Of a DNA stretch of 64,000 nucleotides, positions 40,232-53,890 are shown piece by piece. The position numbers were made by a program, and so were the translations under genes. Source of the stretch: Octopus vulgaris (lineage: Eukaryota); NCBI GenBank assembly GCA_951406725.2, contig OX597818.1:95790001-95854000 (forward strand), given 5' to 3'. The notes beneath the pieces were generated by a model. That model had not been told where the DNA came from. It was given only the letters and a program-made list of their open reading frames with translations, and made no database searches. The number at the start of each line of letters is the position of its first letter. The stretch's first letter is position 1.

Positions 40232-40843
40232 ATTACCGGAGTCATTCTTGTTGCTTATTTTGATTATAATCACCCCGCAAATTTTTATGGATAACACCAT
40301 ACAAAATTCTGGTGCATCTAAATTAAGTACCATATTCATTCGAATCTAAATTTTTGCTGAACTTATATATATATGTGTGTGTGTACCATCGTGTCTATGT
40401 TTGTCCCCCTACCATATATATATTTATGTGTATGTGTGTCTTTGTGTCAATGTTTGTCATCCTGCCATCGTTTGACAACCGATGCTGGTGTGTTTACGCT
40501 CTCGAAACGATTCGGCAAAAGAGACCGATAGAATAAGTACTAGGCTTATAAAGAATAAGTCCTGGGGGTCGATTTCTTCGACTAAAAACCTTTTATGGTG
40601 GTGGTTGAGTGTGACCGCAGTCAGATGACTGAAACAAATGGAAGAATATATATATATATATATATGTGTGTGTGCTCAGCTGAAAATGAGTTCTAACTGG
40701 AGGGTTAAAACTGAAATGGAATGGCGTCCTGCTCAGGTGGAATTCGTGTATTCACAGTCGCTTATTCGCCTCAGAAACCGGGACGAGCACGGGCAAATGA
40801 ATCTGCAGTTTGGTTTGACTATTTGCACACACATGCGCGCATG

Positions 40844-40874
<31 letters not shown>

Positions 40875-41708
40875 CTGTACCATATTTTCTCTTTTCAATT
40901 TATACCTTTCTCTACTCTCTCTCTTTCTTTTACATTACCATTCTATAAAATGTGTGTGTGTTTGTGACTGTGTGTGGAGACGTATGTATATAAATATATT
41001 TGGATGTATACGTATATGAGTGTTTATGTATATGTTTATACATATATATGTATGTGTGTTTTTGTATACACGTATATCTCAATGTTTCATTCTTTACCGT
41101 TACTGTCTTAGTCTTACCGTCTCTCTTTTCTCTCTTCTCCTCTGTCTTTCTCTCTGTCTCTGTCACTCTCCTTCTCTTTACCTTACATGTCTGCTTCACT
41201 CCCTATATTTACCTCACATTTCTCTCTTAGTTTGTGAAAGAAATCGATTAAGAGTGAGTTGTTGAGTGAATGAATGAATGAGGCTGAAGTACGAACACAA
41301 TAATAAATAGTTGCTGGGGTTCACCAACATATATGGGGATTGTAGTGCCTCGACAGCGAAGGTGAAAGCAAGTCACGCGACATTTCAGCCCCATCAGCTC
41401 GGAGATGACCTATCGGCCATCATCTTTATCATTCTTTACCTCAGTCGTTTCTTCTTTACTCTCTTCTACCTGACTCCCTTACCTAGCTGATGGCAAGGTA
41501 TATCTGAAAAACAAGAGGGGTGCTTTATTTTTAATTTGCACGCTGCAGTCTTTCTCACTGCATTTGCAGTCTTCCTCTCACTACCTCTTTGTATGAGTCT
41601 CTTTTCTCCGTTTTTTTCATACTTCATTTCGTCTCTTTTTCTCTGTTTCTCTTCCTTTCTACTTTCTCTTCACCCTTTTCTCCTTCCTCTTTACTTGCCC
41701 CTCTGCAG

Positions 41709-41794
<86 letters not shown>

Positions 41795-41819
41795 ATCTGC
41801 CTGTCTGCCTGTCTGTATG

Positions 41820-41873
<54 letters not shown>

Positions 41874-42152
41874 CTTTTTCATGCTGTTTCTTCCACGTGC
41901 TCTATTTATCATTCACTCACCCGCTCACTCATTCACTCACTCATTCACTCACTCATTCACTCACTCACTCACTCACTCACTCACTCACTCACTCACTCAC
42001 TCATTCACTCGGTTACATATATTAGTCTCTCCTCTTTCCCATTTTCTCTTATCCTTTATCCTGTATTCACACTCTTCTTACTCTATAAAGTAGTTCCTTT
42101 CTATAGAGCAGACGATATTTTTCTGTCGCCTCACACACATTCTTCCTTCCTT

Positions 42153-42211
<59 letters not shown>

Positions 42212-42619
42212 CTTTTTTCTCTTTCTTCTTCTCACTTCTTCACTCAGTTAAGTTTCCCTTTCTCGTAAGCAGACGACAGTTTATTTTCTTACTCTCTTAA
42301 TCTGTTTGTCTCTCTGTCTCTTCCCCTCTCTCTCTCTCTCGCTTCATTTTTTCTTTACTCACTCTCTCTTATTTTCCAGTAAGCAGACGACGGTTTGATT
42401 TCCGCACTCTATCAATCTGTTTCTCTCTCTTCCTTTTTCTCTCACTCACTTCCTCTTCTTCACTCAATCTCTCTCTTTTCTCTCTCTCTCTCTCTTTCTC
42501 ATACTTCCCTGTAAACAGACAACTTTGCTTTCCTTACTCTCTCACATTCTACATCTCTCCCTCCCCCTCCTTCACTTCCTCCCTCATTCACTCATCCAAT
42601 CCCCTCACTAACAGTCCAG

Positions 42620-42754
42620 TAAGCAGACGACAGTTTTCGTGCCGCCAGACAGACGGACGGACATGTATAGAAAACAATGAGGTGGAGACTGTTTTCATGT
42701 GAATGTTGACCAACCAACCTGCCATGTGCTGTTCTTGCTTGCTGCCATCGCTAT
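42620..42754 (+). other. Candidate host-gene 5' exon
   Basis: CpG-containing complex island after a long CT-rich tract. gccATG at 42724 (in frame with ATG 42703: MLTNQPAMCCSCLLPSL) is followed by donor T|GTAAGT at 42755. Confidence 0.35.
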
Positions 42755-43032
42755 GTAAGTATCGATCTTCACAACTCCACTTTACAAACATCTTATAGAC
42801 TTCCCAATCATGGACTACTTGCCATCTTTTCTATTCCTTTCAATATCATGTCCTTTCTTTATTAATTGCTTTTTCTCATCCTTTTCTTTTTTTTAGTAAT
42901 TTTCTCGCTTTCGTGTCTCTTTTCTCCTTCAATCATTTTCTGTATGTATGTGTTCATCTATGCCTAACAGTCTGCCTGTATGCATGTATGTATATATATG
43001 TATCTATATATCTATCTACCCTATCTACACAT

Positions 43033-43065
<33 letters not shown>

Positions 43066-43168
43066 CACACGTGTACACACGCACACACCAACGTATACTT
43101 CTCACCTATCTCTCCCTTCTTTCTCTCTTTCTCCATCTCATATATATATATATAAATATATATATATA

Positions 43169-43259
<91 letters not shown>

Positions 43260-43284
43260 TCTAATATGTATATTTATGTATATG

Positions 43285-43316
<32 letters not shown>

Positions 43317-43659
43317 TGTATGTATGATGTACTTCTCCGGATTTATGTTTTCTACAAACGATATATATATATATATATATACGTCCTATATATCTCTGTC
43401 TAATGTCTTTCTCTCTCACGTTCCTTCTCTCTCCTCCTCCATTTCGTTTTTACCCCTCTCTCTTGCTTTTCTCTATCTCCGTAAACGACTCCATTACTTT
43501 CTCTCACTATTTCTCTTCATTTCCTTCGCTTTCCCGATAACTTTGGGCTTTCTATTAATCTTTTCATTCTCTCAGTTCTACAAGCCAGCCAATCTACTGT
43601 AGGCCCCTCACCTCCTGTACACCTAAATGTAGCTTTTACTCCGTCACTTTCTTTCTCTT

Positions 43660-43736
<77 letters not shown>

Positions 43737-43868
43737 CTCTCCCTCTCCCTCTCTCTGTATGTACCTGTTTGTGTGTTGTGTGTGTATGCATATACACACA
43801 TGTATATATGCTTGTATGTCTATGTATCTATATATATGTATATATAATATATAATATAAATACACGCG

Positions 43869-43915
<47 letters not shown>

Positions 43916-44615
43916 TGCAAGGTATATAATTCTGGGGTTTATCTCTTATTGAACCTATCCTTATTTCTCTCTACTTAGTCCCTCTCAAGTATTTCATGTT
44001 CCACCTACATTTGTAGTAAAATTTGGGCCATCGTGCTGAATGTATAAAGGAAACCAACTCTAAATAATAAATAATATTTATATGGTGAGGAGAACAAAAA
44101 TATTAGCTCACTGATTAATATCAATTTAATCTGCTCTTCACAAGTGCTGTGTAGTGATCGTAGTAGTGAGGCAGTAAATATGGAGATGTTTCTGTCTTAT
44201 TAGTTCTTCTTAGCAGAGCATAACCTTCTCCATGCTCATCACTTTCAACCCATGTATCATTCACTTTCTCTCTCTCTCTGTTTCTACCTCTATCCTATTC
44301 TGTAACCTCATTTTTTAATCTCCACCTCTTGACAAGCTAACATTTTATAGAAAATAGTGGAAAGATAGTGAAAAGTTTTAAATCCCTACACAGCACACTC
44401 ATGTGTATCATGCATATGTGCATGCAAATATATGCACACACCAACACATGAAATGCTCACATTCATGCATTCATGCACACACATACTCATACAGCATACA
44501 TACATACATACATACATATATATGCATATATATATATATGTATGTGTGTGCTTGTATGACAGTATATGTATTTCAGTTTGTTTACATACATGTGTTTATA
44601 TTAAGATCTGTTGAA

Positions 44616-44733
<118 letters not shown>

Positions 44734-44765
44734 TTTATTTTAAGCAGCAGAAAATTCAACAAAAT

Positions 44766-44803
44766 CTGTTACTCTGAGTTTCTCGTTGCCGTTCATCAGA
44801 CAG
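44766..44803 (-). ncRNA. Minimal type I hammerhead ribozyme in a 75-bp insert within (TA)n
   Basis: Minus: ctgt CTGATGA a cg-gcaa-cg a GAAAC tcaga GTA acag. Confidence 0.75.
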
Positions 44804-45899
44804 TTTTATATATATATATATACTTCAACAGATCTTAATATAAGCACATGTATGTAAACAAACTGATATACATACACTGTCATACAAGCACATACATACA
44901 TCTATCTATCCACCTATCTATCCAGACATACATACATACATACATACACAAAACAAAACATACAAATCTGCACATGCACTAACTCCAAATACTAGACATA
45001 TACACACATTCATGCAAAAATACTCTGTTGATGTTGAAATTCCAATGAAGGAACCTTGGATCTAAGTTAGAAGCTAGCTCTTTCTGTCTTAGCAAGAAAT
45101 CTTGAAATAAAATTGAACAATGACATACATACAAACACACATACCTCTATTGCAAGGTATCAGCACTTGTTCTTCCATCACACTTTAGCCTTTCAGCACC
45201 TGGCATAGAACTACTGCTTTTCTCCCTCTCAATTATTACTTCTACACTTTTAGTCAAAGAGGTTTTTTCGTTTCCCACCTTTTCCTTCTCCCTGTTCTTT
45301 TCTTGTCTTGCAATTTACTTGGCAACTTCACTAATGATGGTGGCTCAAAATTTTAAAAAAAACATAGTCAATGGTTGGCTTTAGGAATGACATCTAGTTA
45401 TAGTGACCATGCCAATGTTGACACTGGAACTTGGTGTTACCCTGTGGCTCACTAGAATCCTGTCAAACCATCTAACCCATGCCAGCATGTAAAATGGATG
45501 TTAATGATTATAAATATGTGTGTGTGTGTGTATATATATATATGTATGTATATATATTTTGGAAGCTGTTTATTACGCTAGTATCTAATGTTATCAGACA
45601 GTTATTGTTATCAAAATCAATGGATACCAAACAAGCACAGGATGTTATTATACTCTCTTTTAAGTGCTACCAACCAGTTTTTTGTATCTAGAAACCTCTT
45701 TCCCAAAGGGTTCATAATAAATTACTTCCACTACACTCACACACACACACACAGATTTATAGATATATACATACATGCACACATAGATAGATAGATGCAT
45801 ACATACATACATACGCATATGTGTGTGTTTGTGTGTATATATATATATATATTCATATAAATATATACATATACATATAAATATATATATATATAAATA

Positions 45900-45941
<42 letters not shown>

Positions 45942-45943
<2 letters not shown>

Positions 45944-47984
45944 CTTCTATTCCCCTCTGCCCTCTAACCCCACACGTAGCTACCAACAGACGGTATCCTC
46001 TACTGTCCAAGACCTCATCTCGTCCTCCCGTCTCCCCCGCACCGCATCCAACCTAATTGTGCGAACCCCACGTACCCCCACCATTTACTTCCTCCCCAAA
46101 ATCCACAAACCCAACAACCCTGGCCGCCCCATCGTCTCCGCCTGTAACTGCCCCACGGAGTTCATCTCTAAATACCTCGACCGTGTCCTTGCCCCCCTAG
46201 TGGCATCTCTTCCCTCCCACATCCACGATACCAACCATGCTCTCCGGCTTTTCAACTCTTTCTCCTTTCCTCCCGGCTCCTCCAAAATCCTTTTTACTAT
46301 GGACATCCAAAGCCTCTATACTGTTATCCCTCACCACGAAGGACTGCAGGCCCTTCGACACTTTCTTGACCTCCGCTCTAACCCTGTACCTGACACCTCC
46401 ACACTCATTCGTCTGGCCGAACTTGTCCTTACTCTGAACTGCTTCTCGTTCGCGGGCGAGTTCTACCATCAGGTCTCGGGAGTGGCCATGGGAACGCGAA
46501 TGGGCCCCAACTATGCGAACCTGTTCGTTGGCTATGTTGAGGCCCAAATATTCTCTAATTTCACTGGTCCCACTCCTGAACTATATGGTCGTTATATTGA
46601 CGACATTATCGGTGCCACCTCACTCTCCCGCGAACATCTAGATTCCTTCCTCTCTTTCGTCCAATCTTTCCATCCAGCCCTCCACTTCACTTCCACTATC
46701 TCCAACACCTCTGTCTCCTTCCTCGACATTTCGGTTAGCATTCTTCACTCCACTCTTACCACCTCCATTCACTACAAACACACAGACTCACACTCATACC
46801 TCAACTTCTCTTCCTCCCACCCAGAACACACCAAGCTTTCCATCCCCTATTCCCAATTCCTCCGTCTACGTAGGCTCTGTAGTGACGACCATGACTTTGA
46901 GACTCAGTCTCAACGTATGGCTCACCACTTCACCCTACGTGGATACCCCCTCACCACTATCCACACCGCCCTTGCCAGAGCACGGTCCGTGGACCGTGTA
47001 TCTGCTCTCTCTCCCCGAACCCGCCCTGTAGTCTCCCGCCTCCCTTTTCCCCTCACTTACCACCCCACGACCCTACGTCTCCAACGCACCATTCTTCGAG
47101 CTTTCCGTCATCTCCAGTCCGACCCGTCCACTTCACACCTCTTCCCTAACCGACCCCTCCCCTCTTTCAAACGAGCCCACAACCTTCGAGACCTTTTGGT
47201 CCATAGCTCCTTCCCTGACCCTACCTCCCAACCCGGCTCGTTCCCCTGCTCCCGCCCACGTTGCCGCACTTGCCCTTACCTCTCCAACACCACCCGCCTC
47301 ACTAGCACCCACCATCGACCCTATCCCATCATCCACTCCTTCACCTGCACCTCCAGCAATATTATCTATTGCATCTCTTGCTCTCTCTGCAATTCCTTGT
47401 ATATCGGACAAACGGGACGCCGCTTGGCTGACCGGTTCGCGGAACACCTTCGTGACATCCACCTTGCGAACGACACACCGGTCTCACGCCATTTCCGCTC
47501 CACCGGTCACTCCTTGCAACACCTATCTGTGTTCGGTTTGTCCTTACACAGAGGCCATCCGGATTCCCGTTTGCGCCGTGAACAGGAATTAATCTTCTCT
47601 CTTCGCTCTTATACGCCATTTGGTCTCAACTCTCCCCCCTCCTCATCTAACCCCCTCTCCCCCTCCTCACCTATCCTTTCTCCCCCCGACCCCTACTTCT
47701 ACAGTCCTTCATCCTTTCACCTCTACTCCCCTTCCCTTCTTCCCTCTTTCTCCCTCCCTCTTCCCCTTCCCTCTCTTCCCTCACTCCCTCTCTCCCCTTC
47801 TCTCTCCCCCTCTCCCTCTTTCCTCCTTCATCCCCCTCCTCCCCTTCCTTCTCCCCCCTCCTCTCCTCTTCCCCCTTCTCCTCCCCCTCTTCTTCCCCTC
47901 GCCTTCTCTCCCCCTCTTCTCCCCCTCCCCCTCTTCTCCTCACTACACCACATGACTTTACACATCACATCACATCACATATGA
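45942..47984 (+). CDS. PLE reverse transcriptase + GIY-YIG endonuclease (N-terminally truncated; last about 115 codons are low-complexity read-through)
   Basis: [40 protein letters not shown] (46593-46604), FLDI, Cys linker [13 protein letters not shown]...YIGQT (47400), RFAEH, REQELI, PFGLN. The track's ATG at 45903 lies in the microsatellite. Confidence 0.92.
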
Positions 47985-48235
47985 TGTGCCATACTAATAC
48001 ACACACCAACTAATACATACTAATACGTACTAATACATACCAGTACATACTAATACTTACACCAACCCTATACATACACACGTCCAGACCCCGCATACGC
48101 ACTTATACTCTCTCACACACACACACACACACCTATACATACCAATACGTACTAATACATACTAATACATACTAATACATACACCAACCCCATACATACG
48201 CACGTCCAGACCAATCTTACGCACTAATACTCTCT

Positions 48236-48270
<35 letters not shown>

Positions 48271-48503
48271 ATACATACTAATACATACACCAACCCTATA
48301 CATACACACATCCAGACCCCTCCCACGCACTTTTAGCTGGTCCCTCAACCCTTTTATCAACCCTATTATCTCCCCTTATTTCGCTCTCGCGTCTCATGTT
48401 TGATCTTTGACCTCTGGCCGAAATCAGATCGCCATGTTGATTCGTTAGCTACTGCACGCATTTTTTTTCTCTCCTTCTTTCTGTGTTTTTCTCTCTCTGT
48501 GTA

Positions 48504-48541
48504 TCTTTCTGTTGAAGAGCGTAGGCTCGAAACGTTAAAGA
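48504..48541 (+). ncRNA. Minimal hammerhead-like motif in PLE-A 3' end (variant core)
   Basis: tcttt CTGTTGA a gagc-gtag-gctc GAAA CG TT aaaga. Confidence 0.65.
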
Positions 48542-48639
48542 CTTGTTTTATTTATATTTCCTGAGCGCCATACTAATACAATTGTTCGTTTGTTTTCCAC
48601 CTGCCTTCGTCTTTTGTTTATTTTCATAAAGCTTCCCGT

Positions 48640-48671
<32 letters not shown>

Positions 48672-48867
48672 TATTTATATATATATATTTATATGTATAT
48701 GTATATATTTATATGTATATATATATATTTACATGAATATATATATATATACACACAAACACACACACACATATGCGTATGTATGTATGCATGCATCTAT
48801 CTATCTATGTGTGCATGTATGTGTGAGTGCATGTATGTGTGTGTGCATGTATGTATATATCTATAAA

Positions 48868-48931
<64 letters not shown>

Positions 48932-48981
48932 ATATATGTATGTATATATATATATATATGTATATATATATGTTATATATG

Positions 48982-49076
<95 letters not shown>

Positions 49077-49926
49077 CATCTTCATCATCATCATCATCAT
49101 CGTTTAACATCCGTTTTCCATGCTAGCATGGGTTGGATGGTTTTGACTGAGGGCTGGCAACCAGATGGCTGCACCAGGCTCCAGTCTTGATCTGGCAAAG
49201 TTTCTACAGCTGGATGCCCTTCCTAACACCAACCACTCTGAGAGTGTAGTGGGTGCTTTTTACGTGCCACCTGCACGGGGGCCAGTCAGGCGGTACTGGC
49301 AATGACCTCGCTCAAATCTTTTACACGTGCCACCAACAAAGGTGCCAGTGAAGCGACGTTGGTAATGATCATGCTCGAATGGTGCCCTTTTACGTGCCAC
49401 GGGTGCAGAAGCCAGTTGGCTGCTCTGGCAACGATCACAACGATCACGCTCGGATGGTGTTCTTGGCTCCCTACTAGCACAGGCATAAGTGCCAGTAAGG
49501 CGACGCTGGTAACGGTCATACGCGAATAGCCTCTCTGTCAACGATCACACTCATATGGTGCTCTTTGTGATCGTTCACAGAGAGGCTATATATATATATA
49601 TATATATATATAGGTAGATAGATTGATAGATGTAGATTTATACATGCATATATAGGTGTGTGTGTTATTTGTATTTTTACAGAGTTGTGTGAGTGTGTAT
49701 ATGTATAAGTATATATATTACTTTCTATATGAGTTGAAATTCCTGATCATGTATATTAGTTGCAGTGTATGGATATATATATACACAGGTATATACACAT
49801 CCATACTCTGTGACTAATATGCAAGATCAGGAATTTCAACTTGTTTGATAAACCATCTACACATATACAGTTGATTGTTGGGATTCTCAGAAGTGCTCCA
49901 TGAGAACACTACTCTGATTTTAATCC

Positions 49927-50084
49927 TGTGGCTGTGTGGTAAGAAGCTTGCTTCCCAACCACATGGTTCCGAGTTCAGCCGCACTGCATGACACCTTGGA
50001 CAAGTGTCTTCTGCTATAGCCTCGGGCTGATCAAAGCCTTGTAAGTGGATTTGGTAGATGGAAACTGAAAAAGCCCATCGTTTA

Positions 50085-50126
<42 letters not shown>

Positions 50127-50365
50127 ATGATAGGCTTTTTCATATATGTATATGTATATGTTTGTGTCTGTGTCAGTCCCCCAACCATCGCTTGACATCT
50201 GATATTGGTGTGTTTACATCCCCGTAAATTTGCAGTTCAACAAAAGAGATCGATAGAATAAGTAGTAGGCTTACAAAGAATAAGTCCTGGGTTTGATTTG
50301 TTCAACTAAATGCGGTGCTCCAGCATGGCTGTAGTCAAATGACTGAAACAAGTAAAAGAATAAAA

Positions 50366-50368
<3 letters not shown>
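49927..50368 (+). mobile_element. Family A SINE (CpG-decayed)
   Basis: Head, internal (TA)n and tail are recognisable. Confidence 0.8.
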
Positions 50369-50427
<59 letters not shown>

Positions 50428-50432
<5 letters not shown>

Positions 50433-50946
50433 ACAGAATGAGATAAAAATCCAAGGCTGTGAAAAATTTCAGAACATTTATAAAGAGACGGTCTTACAAT
50501 TGTTTCCGGGATATTTGATATATCCCTTCATCAGAGACGGTGCAAAAAAAATGATTAAGCAATAGTTATTCTAGAGAAGATATGAAATAGAGAGTGAAGA
50601 GGTGGACACACCTTTTGTCCACTTCACTCTCTATTTCATATCTTCTCTAGAATAACTATTAACCATTTTCTTGCACCATCTCCAAGGAAGGGATATATAA
50701 AATATCCTGGAAACAGCTGTAAGACCTTCTCTTTATAAATGTTCTGAAATCTTTCACAGCCTTGGATTTTTTTTATCTCATTCTGTTAATTTTTTATATA
50801 TATGCATGCTAATATATGACCTATGTTGGACTCCTCATTCGCATAATCACCGAACCTGGAGCTTAACTATAGTCTGTCCATAGCACTTATTCAGCATTAG
50901 CCGACACCTTTGGGTCTTCTTGACACCATTACCTCTCATAACCTCT

Positions 50947-50948
<2 letters not shown>
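50428..50948 (+). mobile_element. ORF-less fold-back element with hammerhead, in (TA)n
   Basis: Arms 50428-50608 and 50616-50790, tail to 50948. Same family as 39390-39676. Confidence 0.9.
50491..50538 (-). ncRNA. Type I hammerhead ribozyme
   Basis: Minus: gtct CTGATGA a gggatat-atcaa-atatccc g GAAAC aatt GTA agac. The mirror copy at about 50678-50725 has a decayed core (CCAAGGA). Confidence 0.8.
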
Positions 50949-51036
<88 letters not shown>

Positions 51037-51512
51037 GTACTCCATACACTGCAAAAGGCTTAGTCAAATCAATACGGGCACTAATTTTAAAGTCTACTAC
51101 TTATTCTGTCTCTTTTGTGGAACTTCTAAGTTATAAGGATGTAAACAAACCTGCACTGGTTATCAAGTGATAGTGGGGGATAATCACAATTCCAAACACC
51201 AAGATACACACACACATTGATATGCATATACACACACTAACACAGACACACACACACTCACTAATATATTTACCATCTATGAAACCAAGATCCACTTGCA
51301 AGGCTTTTGTCAGCTGTGGACTATAGTTGTTCTAAGGAACCATGCACTTATACTGAATCCAAGACCATATGATAGGGAAGCAAACTTCTTAATCATACTT
51401 GTATGCTTTTGGGTTCTGTCTCACTGCATGGTACCTTGAGCAAGTGTCCTCTACTATAGGCCTCAAGCCAATCAATTGTGAGTGGAATTAGTATATATGT
51501 ACATATGTGTGT

Positions 51513-51578
<66 letters not shown>

Positions 51579-51900
51579 ACTTACATTTGTATGTGTGATT
51601 GACAAGATGTATGTGTCTTTGTGTTCCTTGCCTTGACAATGTGATAGTTGCAAACAAGTATCACCATCATAGAAGTAGTCTCTAATTTTCTGTGGAAATA
51701 AACTAGATCATGAGGAGATATTTCTATATTTGCAAACAGGGAAAGGTAGGTGACAAGAAGAGGATTTGGCTGGGGAAAATCTGCCCCAATGAACTCTGTT
51801 TGACCCATGCAAGCATGGAAAAGTAGATGTTAAAATGGTGTTGATGACACATTTACATATACATTTATATAAATATACAAACAATTTGTGCCTACTTCAT

Positions 51901-52302
51901 AGGTGCAGGTATGGCTGTGTGGTAAGAAGTCTGCTTCCCAACCACATGGTACTGGTTTCAGTCCCACTGCATAGCACCTTAGCCAAGTCTCTTTTACTAT
52001 AGCCTGAGGTTGACCAAAGCCTTGTGAGTGGATTTGGAAGAAGGAAACTGAAAGAAGCTCATTTTTTAATATGTGTGTGTGTGTGTGTGTGTCAATGTCT
52101 GTTTGTCACCCCCACTGCTTGACAACTGGTACTGGTGTGATTACATCCTGTTAACTTAGCAGTTTGGCAAAAGATATTGATAGAATAAGTACCAGGCTTT
52201 TAAAAGGTATTGGATTCATTTCAAAACAAAATTCTTCAAGGCTGTGCTCCAGCATGGTCTGTGTCTAATGACTGAAATAAATAAAAGATAAACAATAAAA
52301 GA
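51901..52302 (+). mobile_element. Family A SINE (CpG-decayed)
   Basis: aggtgcaggtatggctgtgtggtaag head through the tail. Confidence 0.8.
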
Positions 52303-52569
52303 TATATATATATATATATATTTCTGCATTTTTCATGTATAGTGTAGCAAAGATGACTGCTAAATACAACATGTATAGTCATACATATATAAAATTTAAA
52401 ATCTAATGTGCATACCTACTTAGATAGATGTCTATGTGTATGTGTGTGTGTATGTGTGTGTGCATGTGTGTGTGTGCGCACACATGTGCGTGCGAGTATG
52501 TTTGTGTGTGTGTGTGTATGTGTGTAGGTGTATGGATGTGTGTAGGCGTTAGTGTGTATAGGTGTATGC

Positions 52570-52646
<77 letters not shown>

Positions 52647-53206
52647 TGTATGTGTGAGAGCTCAAACACATGTACACACAGGTATGACACACAAATACCA
52701 TGAATGTGTGTATATATGTGTGTGTGTGTATGTTAAAATATTTTATTGCTTATTGAAGCAGGTGGAAATGTCATAGTATAAATATCTAGCATATAACCCA
52801 ACTCAGCTTTTAATTCAATATTAAAATATTTACTTAAACATTCAGGCCTAAGCTTATTCTTCTTTTATAAGTTGATTCTCATCATGACTAAATATTGAGC
52901 ATAGGTTAGGCTAGAAAGGAAAATGTGAATAAAGACTAAAGCTTTATTTACATTACATCCATCTATTTATCTATTCACATATGCATTCTATGTACATATT
53001 AATACATACATACATACATGCATGCATGCATACATGCATGCATGCATACATACATACATACATACATACATACATACATACATACATGCATACATACATA
53101 CATACATACATACATACATGCATGCATACATACAAGCACACACATGTACATACACACACACTTGCATGCACATTTGTACATATACACATATATATGTAGT
53201 ATATAT

Positions 53207-53890
53207 ATGAGGGGTACCCAAAAGAAACCGGAATTTTGCAATATTATTTTATTCACTCAGTTTTTCATGTTTACACTTTTATTGCCTTCAAAGTATTCTC
53301 CATTTCAAGCAATGCATTGATCCAGATGTGTTTTCCACTATTTGAAGCAGTACTGGAACTCTTGCAAAGTGATGCCTTTTGATGCCTCACCTCTTCCACA
53401 TCTGCAAATTTTGTCACCAGTAATGACCCCTAAAAAATGGTCCTGATCAACTTCCAGCTGTTCTTTCAGTTCATGACATGCATTCAGTCATGACAGCTTT
53501 TGATCTTTCATGAGCAAGTGGGGCACAAATTTTGCTGCATCTCTTTTCATTCACAATTCCTCACTGAAAATTCGTTGGCAGGAGCTCCAGGACACACCAG
53601 TCATATCAATAGGTTTGTCAATTTTTCGGTGACAGTCCTCCAAGATCAGTTCATGAATTTTCATGATGTTTTCATTTGTTTGGGAAGTTGATGGTCATCC
53701 TGAATAAGGTTGGTCCTCACGCGACAAGTGACCATTCCTAATGCATGGAAACCACTTGTAAACTTGTGTTTTGGTCATGGCAGCTTACTTGTAAGCTGTC
53801 TGAAGCATGACAACTGTTTCGGCCACTATTTTCCCCAGCAGAAAACAGAATTTCATGGTATTGCACTCTTCCTTTGTTTCAGCCATCACA
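53207..53890 (-). pseudogene. Mariner transposase remnant with internal deletion
   Basis: Minus: MAETKEECNTMKFCFLLGK...MKRDAAKFVP...FLGVITGD...FQYCFK*WK..LDQCI..NGEYFEG. Terminus ta-tgagggg resembles a mariner TA-CGAGGG end. Confidence 0.8.

Larger units (their letters stand above)
39936..40365 (+). mobile_element. ORF-less fold-back element with two mirror-image canonical hammerheads
   Basis: Arms about 39936-40089 and 40116-40268, tail about 40269-40365, (TA)n on both sides. Confidence 0.9.
39771..40637 (+). mobile_element. Family A SINE interrupted at its internal (TA)n by a hammerhead fold-back
   Basis: Head 39771-39925, tail about 40420-40637. Confidence 0.8.
45941..48640 (+). mobile_element. 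Penelope-like retroelement family A (Neptune-like), 5'-truncated, inserted in (TA)n
   Basis: RT + GIY-YIG ORF, CT-rich then CA-rich 3' UTR, 3' terminal block shared with three other copies, (TA)n on both sides. Confidence 0.95.

Noticed and set aside
42105-42636. CRISPR-like repeat-spacer reading of the spaced 18-mer
   Set aside because: Eukaryotic context, degenerate repeats, long low-complexity spacers that resemble each other, and no cas genes.
45903-45941. ATG start of the 693-aa ORF
   Set aside because: It lies in the flanking (TA)n. The element is 5'-truncated and lacks its native start.
47630-47984. Pro/Ser/Leu-rich C-terminal extension of the PLE protein
   Set aside because: Read-through into CT-rich 3' UTR after the terminal GLN motif; not a credible domain.
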